Assembly: GCF_036321535.1 (NCBI RefSeq)
Contig: NC_087437.1
Location: forward strand, 87,050,001-87,114,000
From: Camelus dromedarius
Taxonomy: Eukaryota
DNA: 64,000 bases
Direction: 5' to 3'
Position numbers and translations under genes: made by a program. Positions within the stretch are counted from its first letter, which is position 1, and every line of letters begins with the position of its first letter. Shown here piece after piece: positions 36,716 to 51,050 of this stretch. Below the pieces are notes generated by a model. It was not told the DNA's origin. It did not search any database and saw only the letters and a program-made list of their open reading frames with translations.

Positions 36716-39269
36716 AGCATGCCATTTTTTTACTTGGAGAAAATAATCAGGGGAAATCACATGAAGACTTAAATCAGCAAAGTGAAAATTGTCTGTGTAA
36801 TTAAGTCACTAGGGTTTCATATCTGAGAAGCTGTTGATGGCAGTAAAATTTTCACTGAATTCACATTGTTTTCAATATAATCTAAATATTCTCAAATATT
36901 CTAGATTGAGTTTATCAGCAGCCTCATTACTATTGCTGGGAATGGTTTATTTTTCTGAAGTCTTCACATTGATTGACAGTTCCACTCATTTTCTTTGAGT
37001 CTTTAAAAAAACTATCAAAGACGTAGCAAGGTGCACTTACAGAACTTCCCAAAATATGTAATTTATTAAAGATAATGAATATGGATTTAAAAAAATGAAA
37101 AAATATCCAGAATATATCCATGACAACAACAAACATGTGTTTTGAATACAAGTTTGACTTAATTAATTTTTTAGAATTATTTTGATTTGGTTTTATTCAT
37201 TTTGGCATACCTATGTATGAAATTTTATACTTAAATTTATGTTAATAAACATGATACATAAATATAATGAATAAATACTAGTAATATAACTTATAATAAA
37301 TTTAATACTCATTAATTAATTAATGTTAACATTTTAAATAAAATTCTAGTATTAATAAAATGATAATATTTTAGAGTACATTGGTATAAATGTAGACATT
37401 TGTGTCTACAACAAATGTCCTGTATTTACGTTAGCATACCACTAAGACAAATGACTAAAAGTTAAATCTGAAAAAGAAATATGGATAGAAAAGTCCATGG
37501 AATTTCCCAGAATTTCTTTTTAATGTAAACCCTGTAATTGAGGAGCTGCAATTTTACCTCTTAAAAGAAATCAAGAACAGAAAATTAAACATATTTCATT
37601 TGTTTCATTAGATTACTTTCTTTGTTCAATTCTAGTACAAATTTATATAAAGGGAAGAAAAAGAACTTTCAAATGTGTAGCAGTTAAGTGTCAAACACAT
37701 ATGTATAGAGTATAAATTCTCTTTCATTTTGTGTTTGTGCTGTACAATGAGATTTGTAGTTAAAGAACCAGAATATGGGAGAAAAAAAGGGGATAGAAAT
37801 GTGTACTATTTTTGAGCTATTCTGTCATCCAGTTATTGTGCTTCTGTTCTGCTTTCATTTAAGCTCTTATTTCTGCATTATTTTAATGCATAAGTAAAAT
37901 GTCTTCATCGCAAAACACTGGTCAGACCAGCACAAGGAAGCTCTGCATTGAGGCTCAATGACACAGTCAACAATCTTAAGTTATCAGTCGAGTTAAGAAC
38001 AGAAATTACATATTCTCCTAACAATCCCAGAATACTTTCTGTCAGACCCTGATTTCTACTTATTTCAGAATTAACTTAAAATGATTCCAAATTATATTGC
38101 AAAACAGACTTCCTTTAGAGTGTCGTGAAATGCATATTTAGATAAAAAGGGCTCTGACATTTAAAGATTGGTTGTTTATTTGTCTATCTGAAAATTAGCA
38201 CAGATGCGTCCTGCAGAGTAAAAATATAATTGGGTTTTACTTCCCCTTGTATTATTCCTGGTGGTTCACCTGGGGAAGATGAGTGGAAGCACACATGGAA
38301 CATTTTGTTACTTTCTCACATTCAGGTGCTGTATCCACCTACCGTCTCCACTGAGTAAATAAACATCAGCAACAATGCAGTATTACACTTTCCCTCTGCT
38401 TTAGGAAGCTACCTACACAGAATATCATGAAGATTCAGGCGAACAAGGGCTTGAACCTTCAAAAAACCTGATGCTACTTATCACTTTAAACATTTTTTCT
38501 TTGCTGTTTCTACTTTGCCACAATAAATTATTTCTATTACCCATAATAACTAGTTAAAACTTGTTTGTGCCCTGTTACTTCATATGAAAGCAAATTCCTT
38601 ACACTTGCCCTCCAAACGTAGTTATTTATATTGATTGGAACTCCAGTAATTCTTTTGCCTGGCTACTCCCATATCAAGTAAAGTACAGAAACAGCCAACT
38701 GTTAAACTGATATTTATCAAAGATTAATGCAACTTAAATTCCAAAAAATTAAGGCAAAAACCTCTGTGGCTCCTATTATTCATGTATCAGTTAACATGGC
38801 CCAAAAAATCAGCATGGCTCACAGTACTTCATATTATGTTTAAAAAGGTATGACACATTTCAGCTTTGACGTAGAGGATCGTTTTTTTCCTACAGAGAAA
38901 AGACAATCTATTGGTTGCCTGTGGTAGGTGTCGCAATAACTCACTATATTTTCCACATTTATTCACTTGTTATGTTTAAACCCCAGTACTGGCACTTATA
39001 ATTGATAATGGCTCTTTCAAAAATACCAATATAGTAAATAAAAACATGGGAAAAATCATGGCATGCACCAAATTAAGTTATGATATGCCCTTAAGAGTAA
39101 TGATCTATCAATTCCCTTCATGGGGTTGAGAATGATAAAAGGCAGGAAAAGAAACTCTTGAATGAAAGACACATGGTAGATGAGCTATGCTTTTTACGGA
39201 TCTACCCCCAAAAAGGTGCTTACAGCTTTAAGATTAATCAACAAGAAGAATAATAACTTCAACATTAAA

Positions 39270-39588
39270 GGATATGCATCTGTGTTCCTACTATTTCCCC
39301 AACACCCATTACAGTCTGGCTTGTAGTCAGTGTTCGGTAAATTTTTGTAGGATATCAGCTTAAATGTCACTTCTCAGTGACCTTTGAGATTAGGTTATTA
39401 TGGCCATCATCACAATTCTGATTAAAGTCATTATTTGAATTTTTCTTCTCTTTGCTCAAAGACTGAAAATGTCAGAGGAGCCAAGATATTGTCTATATTT
39501 ACTCACCGTGGTTTGTGACCTGAAATGTATGTCTAGTCCAGAGTAGATGTTCAATAAAACAGTACTGAGTGAAAGACTGCATGAATGG
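39270..39588 (+). mobile_element. L2 3' end fragments
   Basis: CAGCTTAAATGTCACTTC...GAGTAGATGTTCAATAAAACAGTACTGAGTGAA. Confidence 0.6.
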
Positions 39589-42500
39589 ACCTTCAAAGAT
39601 ATGTGAATGCCACGGTGGATATTTAGTAAATATCTATTATTATCATGAGCTAATCTCCTAAGTAAAATACAAAAGTCCAATCACAAGGATCATAATTATG
39701 TGTTAGGATACAGCTGTTTCCACTTTTGGGAAAATAACTCAAGATCCATCCTATTCTTAGTCAGACAGAGATAGTGAAAACAGTATTGTTAGTATGTTTT
39801 ATGTAATACATGTGATTATGTCACACTTACTACAAAGTGGTATGTCCTTTATATATTTAATAGCTGTGTACACGCATAAATACAATGCAGATGCCTTCAT
39901 GTACCAAAGCCATATCTTATAACCATATTGATGTGTTGCTTAGTTCAACTGAAACCCAATTATACTGTGCTTGACTCTCTGAAAGCAGTCATCCCCTTCT
40001 GAATAGTTCACTCAGTAATGATCGATGAGAATAGAAACATTACTTGTCACTGCTCAAGTGCTCTGATTTGTACAGGCTGTACAACAGAGAGGAGACATGG
40101 TAATAACCCCACCCCTTTCCCAACTCCAGCCCCGGTTTTCTTTTCAATCCTCTGGGGCCTTTTCATTGATTACTGTTAACTCTGAGATGCTGTCTCTGTA
40201 ACAGAACCACAGGATTGTGGACAGACTGTCTATAACCACTTATCCCTTTAGTCCTGTTTAAAAGTCCAGCTGGCCTCCTACCTGAAACATCAGTATTTTC
40301 AATGAAATAGTATTCAAAAGTCATTACAAAATATGAGCATTACTAAATAAACCCATTCACAGTTTCAGGAAGTAAATACCATTACATCGATTCTGTATCT
40401 AGCTGTTTTGATACAATTTTTTATCCCGTGCTTCCTTTCACACACACACAAACACACACACACTCACACGACAAGGAATGCTGAGGCACTGTAGCTGGTA
40501 GTTTTATAAATTTTTTCTGAGTTTATAAGTGGAATGAATAGGAGATGATTCAAATATTAGGCTGATAACAGAACTTTGTCAGATACTATGTTTTAACAAG
40601 TTAATGAAGATCATTTCTTCTTACTAAAGTAAATATCTCTCTTCCTACCATATTTAGTCTAGAGTGACTTTTCCCAATGACATACATAATGATACTGAGG
40701 GCTCAGATACTATAATTTTTTTTTTATGATCATTGGCTACTTAGCAAAAAGGACTGTGATCAACAATTAACAAGAAGACAAATTAGTAGTCAAATATATA
40801 ACACAGTTGCCCTACACTTATTTTAGAATCATACCAAATAGGTATTATAGGGTCCATGATTGTGACACATAGCCTTATTAAGGAAAACTCAGTTGTTAAA
40901 AAAAAAAAGAAAAAAATGCCAATTAGCAAAGTCTTACATCAGCTTACTTAGTAGTGCACTTCATTGAATTTTAAACAAACTGAGTAGTTTCCTTGAAATT
41001 TTGATACCATTTATTCTGAACAGGTATTAAATGCATGTCTAAGCCAATTATTGAAAGACAGCTATAAAAAATAAAAGAAAGTATGAAAATGAATTAGCCA
41101 TAGACAGCATGAGGTATATGAATATAACTTATTCAATAACTATAAATATTAAAGTATAGAACAGCTGCTTGTTACTGACCTTTTCTCTAACTCTTTCTAG
41201 AACGGTAAACAGAATGTGTAAATTTCATTAATAAGAAACAACTCTTTCTTTAAAACTCTTTACTGAGGACAAGAGAACATATTGCTTCCTACCTGACTCA
41301 GACTTTGTAGATATGTGAACAACTAATAAAAAATAATCGTTTAGAAAACAATGTAGTTCCTTTGACATAGCCATTTACTTGCAAAAACAATTTTACATTT
41401 AAAATAAAAGACTAGTCCTGGAATTTAAATGATACTTAGTCTGCTATTTAAAAATCTAAGGGAAAAACCCCACCATATATACATTTGGTTCAAATTTTCC
41501 ACAGTTTGAACTACCACCAAGCAAGTCAGATGCATATTTAAATCCTCAAGTGAAGGATACAGTTCTCAGCACACTTGAACGTGAGCTCAGCCTCACCCCT
41601 CCCCCAGCACGAGGCACTTAGAGTAATGAAATCTATCTAGTTTTTAAAAGTTAATTTGCACTCATTTTAGAGCGTTTCTTTTGGGAAATTAAGGCAAACC
41701 TCCCAGGCAGTGAGCCTGGTCATGAGAAATGCTCTGCCCAAGAAGCCGATAACTTATACACACAAATCTTTAATAAGATTTATCAAGCTCGGGAAAGAGT
41801 AAAGCAGTCTCTCTTTCACTTTATTCCTGATTTGTGCACCCGTGGTTGTGGGTTATCAAGAAAGGGAGGGAAGAAGGAGTCACAAAAAATAAGGCTCTGC
41901 ATGTGAAGTCCACAAGATCACAAGGCAGAGGAAGCCCACAAGCTTGGAATGTCCCTCCTGCTGGGTGTGCACATGGGATTCCACTCAGCCCATGAAACCC
42001 TGGATTGTTCAGTGATGGCAGACCCGAGAGCAGAGGGAACACCATGTTGCAAACGTTTTCACTGAATGAAGTTAGTAAACTAATCATCTTTCCAGGACTC
42101 TTCCTGACAGGTTGATTTCCCACCTGGTAAAGCCAAGCTTCTCAGGCTCCAGCCACCTACAGGGCAGAGACCTGCTTCCAGCTACTCTTGTGGCAAGAAA
42201 GAAGCAGGCTGCCAGTATGCCACTGAGGCCGAGCAAACTTGATACCCTGTCTGAATACTGTCCCAATATGCCTGGGATTAAGAATAAATCTTTTAAAATG
42301 AAAAGTCAAGCAGGAAATATGTTTAACATACTAGCCTTTGGGGTAAAACTCCTCCAAAAGAAAAGTGTTTTGACTCTATTTTAAAAGACTGCTGGGGAAT
42401 TATACATGTTTGAGAAAGGCATCTTGTAAAAAGTATAAACCCCTCGTAAAGCTTGTAAAAGCAAAGATCTTTGTCAAAAAATAAAATATATTTTAGACCA

Positions 42501-44379
42501 ACATCATGAACCTTCCTTGGAAAGGCAGCTACAGTCAATCTCCTGATTCTGGTGTGAGAAGACTGTTAAACACCCCATTGAAACCATATTCACCATCCAG
42601 GGAGAGTCTGATAGAGAATCATTGTGTAAAAGATTTTTTAAAAGAAAAAAGAATAAATGACTTAAACTGCATTAGCTAGTACAGAGGGGATTTACATAAA
42701 TGGGAACATGAATATTCCCTGACAAAGTCTGAGGGAATCTTTGGAGAAAGAACAACAAAACACTAGGGCATCACATTATGACAACAAACAGAATATACTG
42801 GAATCATTTTTCCCATTAAAATGGGTGGTTTAGAGTTTGAACCATAAACCTATGAAACAAAAGCTCTCTAGGGGTGCTATTCCTATAGTAACATGTCTTG
42901 AAATGCCTAAGTAAAAATACTTTGTTTAAAAGCATCATGTTTTCAGTGGCCTAGAACAGCTCTACCACTGCCAACTAGTTCTCAACTAAGGTTTTGTGGT
43001 GCAGATTTATTTTTGTTTTATTCTTTAGATTTTCATGACAATTCAGATTTTAAATTTCTCAAGTATCAATTCTAGTCATCTAGTATGACGGTATAACAAA
43101 GTATTTTCAATGCATGAAATATCTACTGTATTGTTGACTAAAATATATTCAAAAGCTTAAAGGACTTTGTATACAGTTACATCATAGTTGGATTTTAGAT
43201 GTCCTTGCTTCATTATATGTGCATGCAGTAATTCCACATCATCATCATCATTATCATTTGTATTAAGACAAGAGAGCCAACTGGAGGAAAAAAGGCAGTT
43301 TTCACAGAAAATGTATGCTCTGATATTCTCAAGACATGAAAACTGACAGTAGAGTAGCAGAGAGATGGCATGGCCTCCGATATTTTCATTGCTTTGTATG
43401 CATCTAGCTTGTTTTTTGGGGGGATGGGATAGACAATGTTATTTCATATGACTATCTATACAATTAATCATGAGTTTTATAAGATGACATCTTAAAAGGG
43501 ATCTACTCATTAAAAACTGTTATATTGATCCTTAACATCACTTTGAAAATTACAAAAGTTGCTATGGTCTATTTAATACTGCAGCTGGATAGCTTCAAAA
43601 CAGACTGACTTTCAGATATCCTCTTTAATACATAATGTGTTCTTTAGTGCAACAGAAAAATACATCATTTCCTGTGTTCTGTGGGAACTTAGACTTCCTG
43701 AGAGGGCTATTCAGATTAGAATCATAAATCTTCCTCCTGAATATAGAAAGCCTGGTAAAATTTTCTCTCTCAATCAAACCTATTTCATATTTTCTTCCCC
43801 AAATAACATCTAAGAGGTAAGGGAAGAACTGTTATCAATCTCGGCTGCTTTTGAAGCCTGTGTTTTTAATTTATATGCACATTTTAAATCGCCATATTAA
43901 AAATAGAAGAGAACAAGTTATCTCACAATACTGTATTATCAGAACTTTAATTAGGAGCACTGTGGAGAAATTTGCGAAACCATTCTCTTCACAGTCAGGC
44001 ATCCGTTTAAACATTCCTTCCTACTCAATCAAAATGTATCCAGTTTAAAGAATTTGCTAGTGACAGGTTCAATCAATAATTTAAGCACCTGGGCAGAGGC
44101 ATCCTTACTCTGCAGAGTGTGCTACTCTAAAGACATCCTATCTCAGAAGGAAGGGATTAAGGGAAGGTGTTATGAGCCATTTCATACTATCATTTATTCT
44201 TTAGAAGGCTGACATGTCTTTATGGATGACATTCTGTGACTCTGATAAATCAATGAGAGTATGTTCTGAAGTAGGAATTACCTACATGCAATTTAAGAAC
44301 ATGGGCATTTATAGACGATGCCTATCATTGAGAGCATCTATTTTTAAAATGCAGGCGCTGCCATTTTTCTGATTTCCTA

Positions 44380-44665
44380 AGTGTGCACTCTTGCCTTGAG
44401 GCCTCTTTGAGAAATTTCCCCCCTGCCTTTTCTCCCCAGGTGTGTGCTTGCTGATTGCTACTCATTCCATGGGGTCCAGTTCAGATCTCATCTTCTGCAA
44501 CCCTTGATCAAGTATATCTCCTGATTATGCAGAAGATGTATCCTATTGAACTGCATTGTATTCCCTTTTACTGAAGGAAGATATTTTGCTTCATTATTCT
44601 AGGACTAGCTCTCAGCAAAGGCATTGCTTTTTATATACCCTCAACACATATATACTTAATGAATA
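44380..44665 (+). mobile_element. L2 3' fragment
   Basis: GGTCCAGTTCAGATCTCATCTTCTGCAACCCTT...CTCAACACATATATACTTAATGAATAAA. Confidence 0.5.
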
Positions 44666-45294
44666 AAAGAAACTAAGGTTTTTTCCTATGATACAGAATT
44701 AGAATACTTACGCCAAATATAAAGAGCTCTACATAAAACTGCGCCAACTATATAATATATCCTGTCAGCTATCAATTGTGGAAAAGATCAAAGCATTTTA
44801 ATATATGACTGAGAAATTTCAAGGTTGGAGGAGGAATCGGATAGGAGTGAGCATATTTGTAAATGAATCAGGTGCGTTTTGAAAGCCATTTTCACTGATA
44901 TCTCTTATTTGAACCTTTTAGCATCCAAGAGAGATAAGTATCTTAATTCTCACTCTTTACAAATGAAGTCTTGGTACGTTCACAGTTAAGAATTTTATTA
45001 GTATGACTACAAACGCACATTTTCCTAGCTACATGCTGTGAAGATTTAGGGAGTATAGAGTTGTAGAGGGAAATTCACTTTTCTCTATCATGAAGATGTT
45101 GTGTCTTAGAAACATCACAGTTCTGGTGGATTTTTCTTACTTCTGTCATGGCTTCTTGATTTCAGGAGTGTCAGTGATTTTTGAGGAACACGAATCTCCA
45201 GGAAAATGCTGTGTAGAATTGACATCACTCCTCCAACGACTGTCCATAGCATACGCAACAGGAGGAATTTTGGTTTGATATATATAAAACTAAA

Positions 45295-45480
45295 TGTAGT
45301 GGAAAAATTATGGACAAGTCTCTCTGACTTGGAACTTCAATTTAAACTAAATTACTAGCTTTTTGATTTGACCAAGTTGCAACCACTCTAAGCTTTAGTT
45401 TCATCATTGGTAAAATTTGGGAATTATTAATGCCTACTGAACAGAATGTTAGAATTCGAGAAAAATATAAATGTGCTGTA
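45295..45480 (+). mobile_element. MIR SINE
   Basis: AATTACTAGCTTTTTGATTTGACCAAGTTGCAACCACTCTAAGCTTTAGTTTCATCATTGGTAAAAT. Confidence 0.7.
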
Positions 45481-46253
45481 TATGACATACATATCAACCT
45501 AGTGAAATGGGAGCATGAAATCTGATTGATACACATGGACAGGAAAGATGGCAATCCTCTCATTTAACGTTTGCAGTGGGAGGAGTGGCTTGGTGAGAAT
45601 TACGTGTGGTTACTGGCTTCAGTTCTTAAATTTTCTTGGTTAAGCTACCTTATCCCCTCCTCCCTGGTTACCATCCAAAATCACTGTTCAGTCTTCAAAA
45701 GTGCAGAAAACTATGACACAAAGGGGCACAAGGCACACATTCAATTCACTATATCAAAATGATGGCTCTATCAAAGGTATTGATTTTTACCTCTAGATAA
45801 ATCATTTTAATTATGACACAAGTGATATCTCTCAGGGTCATGTTTCTCTGTCCTCTATTAATTCACGGAAATCCATGGCATTCAGATTAGTATATTAGTC
45901 CTTTCTCATTAGAAGATGTTAGAATTTAATACACATCGTTAAACAAAAAGTCTGATGATTTCACTTAAATGACTTGCTTTAATGCTTCTACTCTCTAAAT
46001 ATACTTGCATGTTGCCTAGAAATTACTTAACTTCAATTAACTAGCATCTGAGTATCTGTAGTATTCATAAAGAACTAAAGAATACAAAAATAAAATAAAA
46101 TACTGAGTACTAAACAGTCAGGGATGGAATGATTCATTTTCTTACAGTTTTAAAAGATAGAAAAAAATTAAAACACACTAAAAAGGGGAAAAACAACTAT
46201 TTTGAGGCTTGGACAAAATGAGAGAATGGTATGTAAATAGGAAATAACAAATA

Positions 46254-46847
46254 AAATTGATCCTCATTACTTGTGGATTTCATATTTGTGGATTCACCTA
46301 CACACTAAAATTTACTGGTGACTCCAAAGTCAATACCTGTGGCTATTTCCTGGTCATCTGAGGACATGCAAGAGAGTGGCAAAAAAACATTGCTGACCGA
46401 CATATATATTCCTAGCTGAGGTCAAACAAGACAGAATTCTGACTTCCCGTTTCAGATCTCATAGTGTAGACAAATATCCTTTTTGTGGTCTACGTACTGC
46501 CACCTTTTTTTTTTCACATTTTTATGCTTTATGTCGGTGAGTTCACTATTTAAAATGGCCTCAGGGCATAGTGCTGAAGTGCTGTCTAGTGTTCTAAATT
46601 CAATAAGGCTGTGATGTGTCTTACAAAGAAAATACATGACTTAGAAAATCTTCCTTCAGACATAAGTTACAGCGCTGTTGGCCCTGAGTTTAACATTAAT
46701 GAATCAACAATATATATTAAATAAGGTACCATAAAACAAGGTTTATGTATTGATCGACAGATGAAAATGTGACCAGATGCTCACAGCAAGGTATACTTGT
46801 ATTCATATTTATAGAACATGACTACCAAGAGGAATGAGAATCAATTA
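46254..46847. mobile_element. MER82 (TcMar-Tigger non-autonomous DNA transposon), near full length
   Basis: TIR-like ends AATTGATCCTCATT...AATGAGAATCAATT, preceded by TA; internal AAAATGGCC...AGTGCTGAAGTGCTGTCTAGTGTTC and HTH remnant AGTTACAGCGCTGTTGGCCCTGAGTTTAACATTAATGAATCAAC. Confidence 0.9.
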
Positions 46848-47099
46848 TGTGTGCTACAACTGAGTATTTCCACTCATATTTTTTGCCACTCCATTTTCCA
46901 CTTAAAAAACATTCATTCACATAGATTATATTTACTGAAAACTCTCTTCTAAGTTAGATTTTACAAATAAGGCTGAAGGAAATGGGCAAATAGAAAGAAG
47001 TTGGCTACTTTTCTATCAATATAAGATTTTATCTAAGGTATGAGCAACGAAAGAAATAAAATAAATAGGATGAATGCAGAAATGGATAGTAAAGAGAAA

Positions 47100-47295
47100 A
47101 CTGCATTCTTATAGACTTTCAAAGCTCCTTTATTACTTCATCTCATTTGTATCTCCATGTTAGGTATTTATAAACATTTATATTTCAATTAACACATAAG
47201 TAAAGTGAGGCTTAGAGAGATAAAGTGACATCTTTAAGAGAACATGGGTGGTGCTAAAGGAGCTGGAATAAGAAATCAAATCTCTTGGCTCACCA
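47100..47295 (-). mobile_element. MIR SINE
   Basis: ATAAGTAAAGTGAGGCTTAGAGAGATAAAGTGAC...GAGCTGGAATAAGAAATCAAATCT. Confidence 0.7.
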
Positions 47296-49389
47296 CACTT
47301 GCAGAAATTACTTCAATAAGTTGAAAATTTATCTTCCAATGATAATAGATGTATTCTGACATAATAAACTACTTGCTTAGATAAGGAAAACATTCTCTTC
47401 CATTAGTGGATACACAACCAACTGATGAAAATTATAATTGTATAATAAATAATAAAGCCAGAATTTACTTCAAGCCAGAGACATGTGGTTTTTAAGTCTT
47501 TTATATTGACTGTCAGAGAACACTAAGTCCATAAAATATCTCCCAAATTTACATATTTATTTTAAAACCTCTTTATATTACCAAGTTGTGAAAAATAATA
47601 CCTCTCATTCTCCTAATAGTATTCCAACGTTTTTATGGGTTACAAGATTACTTTTAAACATGATAGACTATGAATATGAATGTGGACAAAGAGGAAAGAA
47701 GTAAATATAAATATGAATCAGGTAAAAAAAGTCAATACTGTACTAAAAAGGAATGACTTTAAGGTATTTAACAAGAAATTCTTTCACACAGCTAGAAAAA
47801 TGGGAAATATGATTCTACTTAACATCACTGTCTTACTGCGAACAAAAATCTGGTATAGCACATGACTTATTTCCATTTTCTAACAAGAATTAATGGATTA
47901 AAATTCCTTGACACTTGCAGCAAAGCAAAGTTCAAAGACACTGTATTATTTGTAAGAGATAGAGTTTTAGTTTAAGTGCTGATACAATTTTTACACAATC
48001 TGTCAATATAACCACAGATGTGTGGCATATAACTAAACTACGACTAAAGGAATTTTTCAATTTAAATTTTAAGCAAAAATTATTGTTTAAAAAACTTTTT
48101 ATTTTTAAAGATAGTAGCCAAGAATTGGTAATGTAACTGATACAATAGTAAATGTAAATTGACTCATTTGATAGCATTTTCTTTCCTTATATTTCTGATC
48201 ATTTCTTCTTTCTTCTGTCTTATTTCTCTTCCTCCTCCTTCTCTTCCTTGGACATAAACCCAGAAATCTAAGCATCTTGAAGATGATGTCCAAGGATACT
48301 GAAGACCAGAGAAGGTCAAACTCATGCAAGTCTCTTGACTTCCCATGTGAAATCTAACCTTATGGACTTTCAGCTGTTAAAAAAAATATTTAAAGTGTAT
48401 CATGAACACTAATCAGAAATATATCCAACTTTATTATATGCCGCAGAAAAATAACCTTACTTTGGAGTGTTTAAAAACACTATGCAAGATTGCTATTTCT
48501 AAGTTGTTTTGTTTTTCTTAACTTATGACTTTCAGGAGATACAAAAGATGATAGAATAAATTAAAAGTCCTTTCCTCACTATTATTGGGCTTAATGTTCC
48601 TTGGAGAATATGAGTAAAGAATTTTTATCTCAATCCTGAAGCAGAGACTATAATAATATTAACAGGAAACAGTACACAGTGGGAATACTCTATATTTTGT
48701 ATACATGAAAGTTACACATATGTAGAATGGAAGGCAATATAAATTTCCCTACTTGGTTAATTTTTTTAAAAGCATTATTGTTGTAAATTGGGAAATATTC
48801 TGGTGAAGAAGTACAGTTTTTTGTTTGCTGATTTGTTTTTAATCAAAGCACAATTTTTTATCAGAAACAGGAAAAGAGAAAAATAATGTATAAGGGAAAT
48901 TTTGTAGCAAATAATATTTGAAAGTTGACATTGAACTTATTCAAAAAGGTATAGCCATGAGGCATAGACATAATTTGATAACATGTATGTCCTTAAGTAT
49001 AACTTTTCTTGAATTCAACTAAAAGGAAGGTACTGAGTAAGAGTGGACACATATGTACAATGGGTATGTGGACTGAATTCATCCTCGAGCTGCACAACTC
49101 AACTACTGCATCTCTTCTTACAAAAATAAGACAGAAGTGAGCGTCAGGCTGCTGTAGGCAGGAGAAGCTGTCCTCGTGGCTACCTCTTGTTAGTTGTAAA
49201 GCACAGGTGGACCAACAGCTGGCCAAAGACAGACAGGCACAGACAAGAAGGCAGTGGTCAGAAATCCTGGCAAAAGGAGGGTGGAGAGGATTCCTGAGCT
49301 TACGGTCAAAGGTAAACCAATAAAACCAGTCTTCTACAAGTCAAATAATGCCTGGCAATGATAATGATTACTGCCGGTACTACTAACAG

Positions 49390-49735
49390 CAGTAACAATA
49401 ATAATATGAGATCTCGGTCACTAACCATTTGCTGTCAGACATCATGAAGAACGTTTTAATGTATAATATTAATAGATCCTCATATAATAATTTTCTGATC
49501 CCACGGATACTAAAATTAAGTTTTGAATTTGGTATTCACAGAAGAACAACTAGTTGCCTGAGGTCTACTATAAATACACTTTTAGTGCTTTTGACAATCT
49601 TGTCAAAGAGGTACTATTATTATCACTCACATTCTAAAGATAACCCAACTCAGGCCTGAAAGACCAGTCACACAGCTCGTAATTGAAAATCTCGTCACTC
49701 AGAGTCAGGTAGTCTCCCTCTAGAATCTATGTTCT
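49390..49735 (-). mobile_element. MIR SINE fragments
   Basis: GAGGTACTATTATTATCACTCACATTCTAAAGATAA...GTCACACAGCTCGTAATTG. Confidence 0.6.
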
Positions 49736-49739
49736 GCAC

Positions 49740-49916
49740 CAGTGATTCTCAGACCAGACAGCCTGCATCAAAATCACCTGTGAAACACACATGGCTGGGC
49801 CCTGTTCTCTGAGTTCCTAACTCAGCCGGGCTGAGGTAGGACCCAGGATCTGCATGTCTAAATCCTCCCCCAGTGATGCTGCTGTGGCTCTGCGCTTCAC
49901 ACTTTGAGAACCACAG
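49740..49916. mobile_element. MER5A (hAT-Charlie MITE)
   Basis: TIRs CAGTGATTCTCA...TTGAGAACCACAG; internal GCATCAAAATCACCTG, GGATCTGCATGTCTAA. Confidence 0.88.
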
Positions 49917-50179
49917 CTCTGTGCACCTTCTTGAGTGCAGGAATGCCATTTAAATTCATTCTGTAAAATGTATGAAATAGATTTTCCAAGTAGGATTGTT
50001 TTGAAGATAAAATAAGTCATCACATATAACTGCATGTGGCACACGATGAACACTAATTATATCAAAGATCTTATCACTGGGCAGTAGAGTTACAAAAGTA
50101 ATATTTGAATTAGACTGTGATGTTTAAAAGAGTAGGAAAGGAGAGTCTTGTCATAAAACTGTGTAATTTTTTCAATTCT

Positions 50180-50380
50180 TACAAATGCTCACAGGTTTAT
50201 CCTGTGACCTTGTATAAGATACAGAACCTTCCTTTGCCCTCAGGTTGGCTTTTTTTTTTCTAACTTGTAAATAAGAAAAATTATATCATTCACCACAACA
50301 CAGGAAGGCTGAAAAGAATAACTTGTAAAATATTTTATAGCACTTTGGGAAAATAATGGAGTATATAAAAGCTAATAATA
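50180..50380 (+). mobile_element. MIR fragment
   Basis: CTGTGACCTTGTATAAG...AACCTTCCTTTGCCCTCAG...TGTAAA. Confidence 0.5.
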
Positions 50381-50894
50381 AATTTCACCTTCCTCAAAGA
50401 ACATTGTAAATTTTCAATCTCAGCTGATTTACTGCTCTTGCTAAAGTGCTAAAGTTATAGATGAGAATTTTTTTCTTGAAAAATCAGCAGTTAGGCTCTC
50501 TCTTTTAATGTGTCATCAATATAATTTATAATAGTCTAATTGTCTACCATCCTGAAAATACATTCAATTTCCTCACTTTCAAACACATTGATTATGTAAT
50601 AAAATTTTGCTGTCCCAAAAATAATAAAAACAGAAAAATGAAAAACCAGATAGATTATAAATTTAGATTTTTTTTTTAAAGGGAAAATCAAATTGGTTTT
50701 TTTTTTTAAACTCGAGGTATCCCCTTTAAATTTTTGAGAATGCAGTGAACTGGAAGATGAGTGATCCTTTCTTATTATTTGTTTCTAAGCAATGAAGATT
50801 AGCCACATGAACAGACATATCTTTCAGCAGCAATAGCATTAGGAAACACGTGTTTTCAGAAAGAAGAAAGTTGATCTATGGGGGTCAGTTTGAA

Positions 50895-51050
50895 ATTGGT
50901 GTGGCCTAGTGGACTAGGTGTCAGAAGTTGTGAATTGTAATCCCTCTCAAACACTCCTCCATGCTGGTGACTTGTGTGGCCTACAGCAAGGGAGTTGTTT
51001 CATGCATCCTTTGGCAAATGGATAAAATTATATTAGCCTACCACAAATAA
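50895..51050 (+). mobile_element. MIR fragment
   Basis: TGGTGTGGCCTAGTGGACTAGGTGTCAGAAG...GTGTGGCCTACAGCAAG. Confidence 0.5.

Noticed and set aside
44712..44768. Minus-strand exon ending GGC|GTAAGT with hydrophobic frame (IYYIVGAVLCRALYIW)
   Set aside because: Acceptor is ambiguous and weak, and the peptide is unrecognised.
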